A stretch of DNA of 64,000 bases from positions 27,528,001 through 27,592,000 of the forward strand of contig NC_043017.1 in assembly GCF_006345805.1 (NCBI RefSeq). The letters are read 5' to 3'. The notes beneath the pieces were generated by a model, which worked only from the letters and a program-made list of their open reading frames with translations, did not search any database and was not told the DNA's origin. The number at the start of each line of letters is the position of its first letter. Within the stretch, counting starts at the first letter, position 1. Origin of the DNA: Octopus sinensis. Its lineage: Eukaryota. Position numbers and translations under genes: made by a program. Below are positions 41,363 through 53,900 of the stretch, one piece after another.

Positions 41363-41689
41363 GTAAATTAGGAAATTAATAAAGACTGCTTTATTGATAT
41401 ATATAAAATTTTAAACATCTTTTTCGTTGTTCCATTCATTCGACGGCGGCCATTTTGGGGGCACCGCTTTGTAGAGTTCAGAGCTTTGTAGAGTTCGCCC
41501 CCAGTATTTCTGTTTAATTCTGGTACATATGCCATGGGGTAACTTTGTCGAACTGCTAGGTTGCGAAGGGGAAAATATTCCAAAATTGGTCGTCAATATT
41601 TTCTTGTGGTTGGGATGGCTCAGAAATATATAAAGATACACACACACAAATACACACACACAAATACACGCATGCACACACATAAACAA

Positions 41690-41845
41690 AGGTATGCTTC
41701 CGTCCCCATAATTTAACGGTTCGACAGAAGAACCGGTAGAATACGCACCAGGATTACAAAGAATAAGTACAGGGATCGATCTCTTTGACTAAAAGGCGGT
41801 GCTCCAGCATGGTCACACTCAAATGAATGAAACAAATAAAAAATA
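41690..41845 (+). mobile_element. SINE family A, 3' half
   Basis: Tail consensus. Confidence 0.8.
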
Positions 41846-42469
41846 TATATATATATACCTCTCTGCTCCAATGGGCCTCGGTGCCCAAATCCTGAATTGA
41901 AAGACTTCGCCAGGTGGTGCTATTAAGTTAGACATGGCCTGGGCCAATAGTGGGCAAAAATATATGGCCACTTGATAAGATCGATATTTAAATATCGATA
42001 TTATCCTTATTTATATATATATGCATATACATGTATACATTAATACATATACACACACACACACACATATATATATGTAAAAAGTATATACACATACAAA
42101 TTTACAAACTCACACACATATATATATATATATATGGAATGATTTTGGTTGTACATTCTACTACAAATAAGCAGTTGTTAGAATCTATATATTTGTGCTT
42201 CAGAGTAAAGCATGGGAAAAATAGGGAGCGTATCATCAATTAATGAATGACATGAGAACAGAGGTTGCCTAATGACTTTCATTAGCTTAAAGCTGTTTCT
42301 GTTATAAGAAGCAATGCACTTATACCACTGTACTTGCGTAACGTCCTATAGCTTCCTCGGAGCCATTATAATTCATTGATAGCAAACACATCACGCCTCC
42401 ACTCGTGCTGTTTACACCAATGTATATGCTGTTAGACTTATCGACAGACTTTTTCATTATTCCTTTTAG

Positions 42470-42535
42470 GTCTTGCTTAGTATTTTTCCAGTAGTAATTG
42501 CATATTTAGCAAAAGGCACTGGGGCAACTAAATTA
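42470..42535 (+). CDS. Candidate exon VLLSIFPVVIAYLAKGTGATKL (hydrophobic, TM- or signal-like)
   Basis: Strong acceptor tttttcattattccttttag, donor gtaaga, phase 0-0. Confidence 0.35.
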
Positions 42536-43289
42536 GTAAGAGGAAAAATTTATTCTCAAGCAATCAATAGAAATTTAGACAGCACAACAACAATACATAC
42601 AAACACTTAAATCGTTAAATATATTCTGTTAATGGGCAACGAAGTCCTAGTAGATATTAAAGTGAACTGTGAGGTTTTTCTCCTAGTTTTGTTTTATTGT
42701 TATTTAACTTCCTTCATTGTTAACCTCCTACCATTTTTAGACTTTGATCTCATTTTCTTTCGTGATCGACTGGTAATTTATTGGCAATTTTGTCTGAATT
42801 TCCCGTGAGAGATCCAATATGATGTGGTTGAAATCTTTATCAGATACTATAAATATCTAATGGGGCTGCTGCGTAAAAGTAGAATGAAGCTTTGCTAATT
42901 TTTCTTTATGTTACTCAGTATCATTTTCGTTGTGTGTGTGTGAGTTTTGTTCGCTGTACGGTTCTGCGTCTGTACGTTTTGCAGTCTATATATTTATAAT
43001 TGATGAGATTATGCGTGTGCATATAGAGGGAAATGTGTGTATGCCTGGCTTTATAAGTGTATATGCGTTAAAGGAGCGTTTGGAAAATTGAGTTTCTATC
43101 CGTATTATGTTCAGAGACATACGTGTACGAGTGCGTGGAGTGAGAGAGAGAGAGAGTGGGGCAAGTTGAAATTAAGGGAAAGAAGATGTAATAAAAGTAG
43201 TCTAGAGCGAAGACTGCTTAAACTCATATTTCTTTGGGATAATGAGAAGAGAAATGTTACGCGCGGGAAAGCACACACACACAAACACT

Positions 43290-43292
43290 TAT

Positions 43293-43356
<64 letters not shown>

Positions 43357-43454
43357 GCGTATATAAGTTTGTGTGCATGTGTATACTATACATATATTTG
43401 CATGCATATGTGTATACACATGTGTATATATATATATATATGTATATATATGTG

Positions 43455-43485
<31 letters not shown>

Positions 43486-43861
43486 ATGTGTGTATATGTA
43501 TATGTGTGTATATGTATATATATATATGTGTGTGTATATATGTGTGTGTATATATGTCTGTGTATATATGTCTGTGTATATATGTGTGTATATATATATA
43601 TGTGTGTGTATATATATGTGTGTGTGTGTATATATATGTGTATATGTATGTGTATATATATATATGTATATGTGTGTATATATGTATATATATACGTATA
43701 TATATACGTATATATATGTGTATATATGTGTATATATATATGTGTATATATATGTATATATATGTATATATATATGTATATATGTGTAAATATATATGTG
43801 TATATATATATATTGTATATATGAGTGTATATATATGTATATATATGAGTGTATATATATG

Positions 43862-43899
<38 letters not shown>

Positions 43900-44567
43900 T
43901 ATGTATATGTATATGTGTATTGTATATATGTGTGTGTGTATATGTATATATGTATATATGTGTGTGTATATATGTGTGTATATATGTATATATGTGTGTA
44001 TATATATATATGTATATATGTGTGTATATATATATATGTATATATATGTATATATATGTGTGTATATATATATATGTATATATGTGTGTATATATATATG
44101 TGTATATATATATATGTATATATGTGTGTATATATATATATGTATATATATATGTATATATGTGTGTGTATATATATATATGTGTATATATATATGTATA
44201 TATGTGTGTATATATATATATGTGTATATATGTATGTATATATGTGTGTATATATATATATGTATATATGTGTGTATATATATATATGTGTATATATATA
44301 TGTGTGTGTGGGTATATATATATGTATATATATATATATGTATATATGTGTGTGTGTGTATATATATATGTGTGTATATATATGTGTGTGTGTAAATGTT
44401 TGTGTATCTGTGTTTGTCCCCCCAACATCGCTTGTGTTTACGTCCCCATAAATTAGCGGTTCGGCAAAGAGACCGATAAAATAAGTCCTGGGGTCGATTT
44501 TGCTCGACTAAAGGCGGTGCTCCAGCATGGCCACAGTCAAATGACTGAAACAAGTAAAAGAGTAAAA
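43290..44567 (+). repeat. 1.1-kb (TA/TG) field running into the 3' half of a SINE A (44395-44567)
   Basis: The tract ends exactly where the SINE A internal microsatellite normally ends (tgtgtttgtcccc). Confidence 0.85.
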
Positions 44568-45339
44568 CAGTGCATGCACATGAGCAGAAAGAGGGTGAAA
44601 GAGGGCAAAAAGAGGGTTAAAGAGAGAAAAAATTATACATATCAACGTATGTGGGGTTTTCCAATTCTAACTGTAGAGAATACAGCCTCTTCAATGACTA
44701 TTTTCTATGCAGATTGATACTTTGATATTTACAATGAGTGTCTAGGCACCTGTCTCTCTTTCTCTCTAATGCACTCTCTATCTGACTCTCTGTCTATCTG
44801 TCTTTGTCTTCTCCTCTCTCTTTTCTCTATCTCTCTTTCTATCTCACTCTCTCTGCTTCTGATGGTACATACGGATGTTGAAACATTGTGGCATGTGTGC
44901 ATGAGAGTTTGTGCATGTGTGTGTAATTTAGATGTGCACTATGTTCTGTATCATTACGTACCTGTATGTGTACATACATGTGTGAGTGAGTGTGTGTGTA
45001 TGTTTTACTGCATGTGTTTTTGTTTGCTTGTATCCTTTATTTGCTTCTTGCTATCGCATTCCCCGAGGTATTTGCTTGGTTAATTGTTCTCCTATCAACC
45101 ACATATGACAAATCACGAGACGTGCGTAAACCAAGGAAGAAGCGAAGAAAACATAATATAAAAAACACAAAAAACAAGTCACTTCCCGTAAAAGAAAATC
45201 AAAACAAATCACTAAACAGCGAAAGCCATGAAGTGGACAATTTATAATTCTCGCTAACTCGCACCGAACGTAGAAGTCAATGTCAAATATCATGTATAAT
45301 AGGGCTAATAATTTGTCGAACAATTTTAGTAATTCAAAC

Positions 45340-45890
45340 AGTAAAAAATATTGATACTACGAATACTACTACTATTACCACCTCTACCACAAATACCAGC
45401 ACCTCCACCATCATCAGGACCAGCACTACTACTACTATTATTGCAAACAATGACACCAATACCAGCATCATCACCACCACCACTACCACCAGCAACAGAA
45501 CCACTAGTGTACTACTACTACTACTACCACTACATTCACTACCACAACCTATACCACCACCATTATTACCACCACCACTACCGACATCACCACTCCAATT
45601 ACTACTACTATTACCACCACCACCACTAGCACCATCCCCACCACCACTATTACTACTACTACAACTACTACTACTACCACCACCACCACATTCACTACCA
45701 CAACCTATACCACCACCATCATCACCGTCACCACTACCGACACCAACACCCCCATTAATACTACTATTACCACCACCACCACCACTATTACTACTACTAA
45801 TGCTACCACGACCAACACCACCAACACGACTACTAGTACAACCACTACTAGTACAACTACTACTAATACTACTAATAATAATGATGATTA
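45340..45890. repeat. Degenerate (ACT/ACC)n trinucleotide field with an internal duplication (period about 150 bp)
   Basis: cacattcactaccacaacctataccaccacca-like segment occurs twice. Confidence 0.85.
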
Positions 45891-46172
45891 TGATGTTTTT
45901 TATGTAAACACATGGCAAGACATTTCGAGGGACATGGTCCGTTGATTAAATCGATTCCAGTCTGTAAAATTTGTGAGGAACTACATTATATGTCATGAAC
46001 TGCACCTTTGTTAGCATGTTAATGTCTAGAGATAATGTTAATTGGGGGTAAAAATGGCTGCCGTATCTGGAAGGTTGCGTGACCATCTGGAAATGTCTCC
46101 CTTTCGCCAGTTGATTACAGATATAGAGTTTTGTATTTATCGTCACTGGAATATTTGTTGCCTTTTTTTTAG

Positions 46173-46303
46173 AAGATGGTTTTTGTTTGCGGAAACATGG
46201 TCGAAGGCATGGTTGTACGATTCTGAAGTTCAGTTTCTATTGGATCGATATCTCATTTCGATTCCAATGTATGCCATTCTGTATAGACACGTGCCTTGTT
46301 ATT
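46173..46303 (+). CDS. Candidate Cys-rich exon DGFCLRKHGRRHGCTILKFSFYWIDISFRFQCMPFCIDTCLVI
   Basis: Acceptor tttgttgccttttttttag, donor gtgagt, open in phase 1-0 (a second frame is also open). Confidence 0.35.
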
Positions 46304-46889
46304 GTGAGTGAAATTTAGCAGTTGGATACTTAATATGTATGCATGTATGTATGTATGTGTGTGTATCTGTGTGTTTGTGTCTATGTATCAATCTTTCTCT
46401 CTCTCCCTCCATCTGTCTGTTTATCTATTTATCTCTCTCTCTCTACATAGACAGATATATATATATATATATCTGTCTATCTACCTGTGTGTGTGTATAT
46501 ATACATGTCTATCTACCTGTGTGTATATATATATATATATGTATGTATATATATATATATATATATATGTAAGCATGCATGTGTGTTTATGGGCGATGTG
46601 TATGTACATATTCTACAATTGGGTGAGTCGATGATACACTACATGAGAAAAATAACCATGAGAAATAATAGCCTCTCCCGCTTTTCCCATCTTTTAAATG
46701 CACAATGAAATAGCAAAAATATATTAATATAACATTGTCTTTAATATGAAGTTTTCACTCTGCGTAGTAAATAAGACAAATACCCTAGTCCAACTAACAA
46801 AAAAGTTGTAAATATTTCACTAATATACAACATTGGAGTGATATCCCGCAAACTGTTGCTTACTGTAAGCATATATGCATATACACACA

Positions 46890-46935
<46 letters not shown>

Positions 46936-47376
46936 GTGTACACACGTGCGTTTATTTAACTCTACATTAATGCATCGGTAGTCTTGGTTCTATGACTGTC
47001 TGTATGCACATATCTGTAACAATATTCATTACTAATTACTATTTTTTAAACAATCTATCTTTCATACTCCAATCACCAGCGTTACATAAGCATTTGCACT
47101 CAATTACATTTTCACGTAACATGAAATCGCTTGCTCGAATAATGTTCTCATTCATTCCATGACCTTTGATTTTTATGCAACGTGGTTGTTAGTGATAAAA
47201 TATATTTTGCTTTGCTGTACTTCATTTTATATTGTATTTATAGTTTCATGAACGTGAAATTTCGGTATCGTTGCAATATCGCTTGTGGCACATAACTACT
47301 GTTTCGTATAGATAAATATAAGTAATCACATATGGTTTAATAGCGAACACTCTTACGGTGAACTATTACACTGCAG

Positions 47377-47464
47377 ATGACCCGTTCTTTCGCAATCAAG
47401 CCAACGCATCAACAATCCCTACATCCCAGAAGAAGAAAAAGAAGGAATTACGACATGATAGATG
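47377..47464 (+). CDS. Candidate exon MTRSFAIKPTHQQSLHPRRRKRRNYDMID
   Basis: Acceptor ttacactgcag, weaker donor gtgata, phase 0-1. Confidence 0.25.
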
Positions 47465-47547
47465 GTGATAGACGAATGAATTAGATATCAGTAAAAGTGA
47501 TTATATAATTGAGAGCTAATACAAAGCAAGGACAAAAATGGGATGTT

Positions 47548-47810
47548 CGAACTAAATCTTCATTTAATTTTCTTTTCGGACAAACGAAGGTAATTCAACG
47601 TCATTAATGAAAGTGAATGTTAATTATTTCATCCAAATAGTCAAGTAACAGACATTAGCAGTCAGTATTATTAATTTTATACTAATGCAAAATTTGTAGT
47701 ATTGCAATATGCTCATCGTTTCTCTAGAAATAAAATTAATAATCTCTAATAGTTTCTGCTGAAATCTTATTCATTAAGGATTAAAGCGTATCACACGTTC
47801 CTTTTGACAT
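47548..47810 (+). repeat. Left arm of a long inverted repeat (partner 51348-51614)
   Basis: About 265 bp, roughly 90% identity by eye to the reverse complement of 51348-51614. Confidence 0.9.
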
Positions 47811-48084
47811 TGGGGTCTGATATCCAAAAAATTACTAAACTGACCTATGGTACCTATATCAATCTCCGAAGGAAATATGACAATCTGAACATGTCAACAC
47901 TGTGAGAAGTGACTTAAGATGTAATAAGTTTTGTCAATCGCAATATCTAACGACATATGTATAACAGAGCTCATTGCGTAATATCAGTTGATAAAACAAC
48001 AGATAAACGCCAGATTTATATATGTGTTATTGAATTTATTCTAATAGTTTTAGCTGAATGTGTCTTCTGTGGAGTGCTTATAGC

Positions 48085-48275
48085 CAAAGTAATCATAGTT
48101 GTTATAGGAGCTTTAGGTTCCGTTACCAAAAGACTTCGCGGTTACCTTATGGAGATTGGTGTTACTACAGAATATGCGTTGATTCAGAAATCAGCTCTAG
48201 TAGTAACAGCATTGAGTTTAAGAAAGGCCATTGATATCGAAGGAAACAGATTGTGGCCCTGTACAAAGGACGTTC
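48085..48275 (+). mobile_element. R4/Dong-type RLE C-terminal fragment
   Basis: Reads KVIIVVIGALGSVTKRLRGYLMEIG...LIQKSALVVTALSLRKAI. Confidence 0.7.
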
Positions 48276-48300
48276 ATTCGGAATGTAAAATATTATTATT

Positions 48301-48510
48301 AATATTCTGTTGTGTCTGGGGAGAGTCATTCTCTTTTAGTGCCTTCTTATTTAACACACCCAGCGGTAAAACTAAATGGAAATTTACCGATGAGTGTGTT
48401 AAATAATAAGGCACTAAAAGAGAATGACTCTCCCCAGACACAACAGAATATGCTTCAACACACGAACTCGTATAAAGAATCTTGCAAACCAAATCTCCAA
48501 ACCAAATTAT
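48301..48510. repeat. Family F fold-back (arms of about 70 bp)
   Basis: atattctgttgtgtctggggagagtcattctc...gagaatgactctccccagacacaacagaatat. Confidence 0.88.
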
Positions 48511-48559
48511 TATTATAATTATTATTATTATTATTAATATTATTGTAGATAATAGAGCG

Positions 48560-48775
48560 AGGCAGTGGCTCTCATGGCTTCTCATCTTTTCTTGATTGGA
48601 AATATTATCATGTACATGATGTGTCTTGGTGTAAAATATGGGCCACAGCAAATATTCTGCTCAATACCACAGGTTTGTTTGTCAATTGTTTGACCCTAAC
48701 CAGTTGACCATGTCCCTTAGTGGCTGACGATATGTGCATCTCTGATCATAGGCAGAAGTAATGGAGGTGCGGCAA
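48560..48775 (-). mobile_element. Family G 3' fragment
   Basis: Reverse complement of 37600-37800. Confidence 0.7.
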
Positions 48776-49016
48776 AGCCAGAGAGGAATTTCGAGGAATA
48801 TGATTAGCCGATTACACCGACTCCAGTGTTCAACTGGTACTTACTTTATCAAGGTAAATGTCTGTGTTGTATTACATGAAGCCGTTTCGCTACTGCCCCT
48901 GCCACTTGTGCTCACTAATCTTTCAGTCATACTGTAACATCTCTTATCGTTCACTCCCCCTAGGATGCTAGGTGTGTCTTGGCAATTGATTGTAACAAAC
49001 ATGCAGATTAAAAGTA

Positions 49017-49048
<32 letters not shown>

Positions 49049-49698
49049 TTCTGACTATTATTATTATGTTGTTGTTGTTATATATACGCATATATGTGTA
49101 TATATATTTATATATGTATATATACACGCACATATATACATATATATATATATATACATATATATATATGTGTGTGTGTGTGTGTGAAAGAGAGAGATTG
49201 TATGCACATAGGCATATCCATATTTATACCCATCATGGAAATGACTGATTTTTTACATCTAATGGATGTGTTACTACGCTCATATATAAATATAAATGCG
49301 CATCTTTACAAATGATCACAGCTACCCATGCTAATATACTGTACAGAATCTCATAATTTCACATATGAATATTGGTTTCTAAACATCATCTTTTCTTCTC
49401 TTGTTGTGATTCATGTGAGCTGCTAACATTCTCGTAGTTGATGGCAAGGCGGTTTCCTCTGAATGACCCATTGCTAAATATACAACTGTGTAATATCAGA
49501 ACAAATATACATATATAAACATCGATCAGAGAATACGGATCACAGAATGGTGCTGCATTTACTCTCAGGCTGCATATCAATCTATTTATTTATCACAGAG
49601 TTTCGTTCAAACACTCACTCTCTCGCTGTCTCTTAGCTTGCGTATTAATATATGCATGTATGTGTGTGTGTGTATGTACGTATGTATGTATGTATGTA

Positions 49699-49734
<36 letters not shown>

Positions 49735-49832
49735 GTTAATCCAAACAAGAAAGCACAAAAAAACACAACAACGCGAGGACGTGGAACAAATATAGTATTA
49801 ATGGACGCTCAGGAAAGAAGGGAAGAAGGAGG

Positions 49833-49867
49833 GTTTAACGTTTCGAGCGGAGCTCTCCGTCGGAAAC
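49833..49867 (-). ncRNA. Decayed minimal type-I hammerhead ribozyme motif (family H)
   Basis: gttt-CCGACGG-a-gagc(tcc)gctc-GAAAC-GTT-aaac: stems I and II intact, two core mismatches. Confidence 0.5.
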
Positions 49868-50036
49868 TTAGGAGAAGGAAAGATCCAGGGAAGGGAAGAC
49901 AGGGGAATAAAAATCGCCAACGGTACACATGAGATCACATTTTGAAATATATGTGTGTGTGTGTATGTCATGATAGATCGTTAGCCACCACACACATTTT
50001 TTCCTCTCCTTGTTTCTTCCTTTGTTTCCTGTGTCC

Positions 50037-50072
50037 CTTTCTAGAGAAGAGCGTAGGCTCGAAACGTAAAAG
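50037..50072 (+). ncRNA. Decayed minimal hammerhead motif (family H)
   Basis: cttt-CTAGAGA-a-gagc(gtag)gctc-GAAAC-GTA-aaag. Confidence 0.5.
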
Positions 50073-50949
50073 TCTTTTTCTATTCCTGAGCGTTATACTA
50101 ATTCTTTTTTTTTGTACACCACCTGTCTTTTGTTTTTTTTTTTTGCGTGAACTCCAGATTAAATCTACAAATCTGTTAGTAACAGAAGGAACGAATCGCA
50201 TGTATTTCTACCAAATTTCTTTTCTGCAATTTCATAATTCGTCACAAATGCAATTGGTGACACTTTGCTGTATCATGAAGTAGAGCGATATAATATGGGA
50301 AGAGATTCTTACCATATTCTTTTCTATGAACTACTTAAAACATGTGAATTGCTGATCGAATGAGGCAAAGTATACAGCCTAACGGAAGAAACACTCGTCA
50401 CAGTGGAATAGTTGCTGGTGATAGAAAGATTTTGTCGCATTGCGTCACATTTACATGAACTCGCAAAGCATCTGAGTAATTTCTGCAGTTTGTTTTCATG
50501 CAGGGCTTTAATTGTTCGGTAATCTTAAAGACCTACGCATTGAATTATTCTGAATAAAGCAGAGTGTTTTGTTTTTGCGTATGTCACCTGAACATAATTC
50601 TCGATGGCAATATAAGAGACAGTGTTTGTAGAAGTACGAGTGTAGCTCAATCGATGAGCTGCTAATAATTTTTTGTCATCCCCGGATTATCTCCATATAA
50701 TCTATAATTAGGTGGAGCATATGAAGTTTTGACCGTCAAATAGTTTTCTTAATCCTTCAGATATATGGATATCCGATGTAAAGTAATATGCAAGAATAGC
50801 GTTAGATTTATGACAAATTGTTAAGATACTCGTGCTTAAAATTGTCCAAGCATTTGGCAATCAGAGCAATGGCGTTATGATTGAAGTGGAGTACATGTTG
50901 TCGTATAAAATTACCCATAATTTCAAGGGCTTAATCTATCATTTTTCAG

Positions 50950-51017
50950 ACTATAGTAATCCGGAGAAAGTGACAAGGCGACGCACTGACAGAAAATCTG
51001 AGAACCTCAAAGTCTGA
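50950..51017 (+). CDS. Candidate terminal exon DYSNPEKVTRRRTDRKSENLKV-stop
   Basis: Acceptor catttttcag; phase 1 start is compatible with the 47377 candidate. Confidence 0.25.
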
Positions 51018-51347
51018 AGTAAAATAATATAAGTATAAGGAAAATAATGAACATAGTGGGACCCTTTTTTTTCTGAATTCCTGTAATACAGTGATATTAG
51101 ATGAAAACACCTCTGGAACTAGAGGTTGTTTTACATTAACATTTAGAATATACTTCAATATACGTGGACAATGCACTCTTGTCCAGAGGCAAGAAAAGTC
51201 CCACCAACCATAGATATATTCTTTGGTATATAAAGATAAAGACCTTCATCTCACAATGTCTGTTTTGTATTATCGCCTTCGTATTTTAAATGTTATGAGT
51301 AATCAGCATATTATTATCAACAGTATTCTGTGATAATACAGATTCAT

Positions 51348-51614
51348 AGATGTCAAAAGGAATGTGTGATACGCTTTTATCTTTATTGAATAAGATTTCA
51401 GCAGAAACTATTAGAGATTATTAAATTTATTTCTAGAGAAACGATGAGCATATTGCTATTCTAAAAATTTTGCATTAGTATAAAATTAATAATACTGACT
51501 GTTAATGTCTGTTACTTGACTATTTGGATGAAATAATTAACATGTCACTTTCATTAATAACGTTGAATTACCTTCGTTTGTCCGAAAAGAAAATTAAATG
51601 AAGATTTAGTTCCA
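51348..51614 (-). repeat. Right arm of the long inverted repeat
   Basis: See 47548-47810. Confidence 0.9.
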
Positions 51615-52806
51615 ACGATGAATGTTAGTGATTCTGGTTGTTAAATTCACTCTGCACTGATTTTAGCATATTTTAAAACTATGAGGAATAAAACTTCGGT
51701 TTTGTGTAAGGAGTCTATTTGAAGCTATTATATTTTCATACGATGTAATTCTAATTCCGTTGAATCAAATGAAAATTTGATACTAAGTCACACACCGTAT
51801 GCTAGAAATAGCAAACAATTCCCGTTGAAGCCCGATAAGGTTATACATACCTTCTATATGAAATAAATAAATGTTTGTTTGATAATGCTCGATCAGGGCT
51901 GATCTGGGACTTAAGCAGTAAGAGCAGAAACGTCCTATGTATACGCGTACTGAGACAGCTTAAAATTCAGGTCACGGCTCGAATATACAAACTAAACGGA
52001 TGTGAATTGAAGACATTTGAGATGGCAGGTCGATACGATAGTGATTCGATCAATTAATTTCTACTAACATACATTTTGAGAGTAATGACGTATATACACT
52101 ATAGCAACATCCTTTGATTTTTACAAATATACTCTTTCGCAAAAGCCTTTCACACAATTTACTTCTATTCATTTTATTGTCATTGTATACAAATGTCAGG
52201 AGAGATTAGTTTGTATCTTGAGTGGCAACAACACTGGTTAATGCATATCAAAAAATATCAATAATAACATCTAACTATATCAACTGTGCAGTAAAAAAAG
52301 ATGAATAATGATTTACAAACATTAACGCGATAGTATTGCTATAATGGACTTTGGTATCGTCGATGTACTTGTTCCTAATATGTAATTGCTACTTATTTTA
52401 TTGATTCTGGGGAAAAAATGAATTACAAAGTTCATCCTTGTATGGTTTGAACTCACATGGAGTATAGCTAAAAATAATTCACATTCTCTACGACATATAA
52501 CTGAATAATTTGATGCATTCAACATGGCGGCTCTAATGCATCATAGCACTGGAAAAGCAGAATTGATTATACTAATGTGAAAAATATAATATTTCATTTT
52601 GTGTTTATTCTTTTTTTTGTTTGTTGTTTAACTTTACATTTTGACGCAGCCAATCGCTGTGCGGTTAGAAAGCTCGTTCTGCAGCTGCGGAGTTTCGCGT
52701 TCAGTTCACTGCGCCGCAACTTGCGCACTGGTCTTCTAATATAGTCCCGAGCATTCAAACAACTTCTGAGTGAATTTTGTTGGCGGCAACCTGGTGGAAG
52801 CCAGTC

Positions 52807-52842
<36 letters not shown>

Positions 52843-52937
52843 TGGGAAGGTTTCCAAAATAAACAAAAGACGAAAGCAGGTGCAGTACAAACAAACAAAT
52901 GTATTAGTATGGCGCTCAGGAATAAAAATAGAAAAAG

Positions 52938-52975
52938 TATTTTACGTTTCGAGCCTACGCTCTTCGACAGAAAGA
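52938..52975 (-). ncRNA. Decayed minimal hammerhead motif (family H)
   Basis: cttt-CTGTCGA-a-gagc(gtag)gctc-GAAAC-GTA-aaat: one core mismatch. Confidence 0.55.
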
Positions 52976-53039
52976 TACACAGAAAAGAAACACGGAGAGA
53001 AAAAGATGCGTGTAGGAGCTAACGATCTATCATGGCGTC

Positions 53040-53102
<63 letters not shown>

Positions 53103-53509
53103 ATCGACATTGTGTACGTCTTAGTGTCTATGTTTGTCTCCTACACCATTTGACAATCGCTGTTTGTTCTTTTACGTTCTCGTAACCTAACGCTTCATTG
53201 AAAGGCCCTGATAGAATAAGTAGAAGACTTAAAAATATAAAAACAGGGGGCTGATTTGTTAGACTAAAATTTTCCAAGGTAGTTCTCCCAGTATCATTGG
53301 TGTACGGCGACTGTAACAAATAAATAAGTTAAAGATTTTTGCTTCTGCGCTCGAGCTACATTGATAGACAAAGAGTTTAGTGAAATCTACGGTACGATAA
53401 CGGCTAAAATGCTTTCATTATATCTAAACGAAATAAATACTTACCTGGTGAAAATCAATCAGAGTATATAGCGTCAAGCCAGCTGAACAACAGAAATGCC
53501 CTACGCCAT

Positions 53510-53900
53510 TTGACCAGAAGAGAATTAATGCATTTGAGCTTTGGTGTTGGAGAAGACTTTTACGGATTCCAAGAACAGCGAGGCTCCCCAATGGAGAATT
53601 TCTTAAGCAGATCAGGCCGAAAATGTCGCTAGAATCTAGGATCACCAAGCATAAATTGGCATATTTCGGTCATATTATGCGGAGAAAATCCCTGGAGAAG
53701 GACATCATGCTCGGAATGGTCAATGGCAAGAGAAGAGGAGGCCGACCAAGAACCCGCTGGCTTGACACTATCAAGAGTGATACAGGAATGGACATAGCCA
53801 AATTGAAAGAAGCGGCCCAGAATAGAACTGACTGGAGGACACTGTTCCAACGAGTAACCGAGATTCGACTTCGACTGAGCGGATAGATAGAGATAGATTT
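53510..53900 (+). mobile_element. RTE-clade (BovB-like) LINE 3' fragment
   Basis: Reads RRINAFELWCWRRLLRIP...LAYFGHIMRRKSLEKDIMLGMVNGKRRGGRPRTRWLD...WR; (GATA)n tail. Confidence 0.88.

Noticed and set aside
41440-41460. YY1-like motifs (ggcggccattttg; similar at about 46051 and 52524)
   Set aside because: Isolated short motifs without supporting promoter context.
53437-53448. atacttacctgg, identical to the U1 snRNA 5' end
   Set aside because: No U1 body follows; it is the reverse complement of a consensus 5' splice site.
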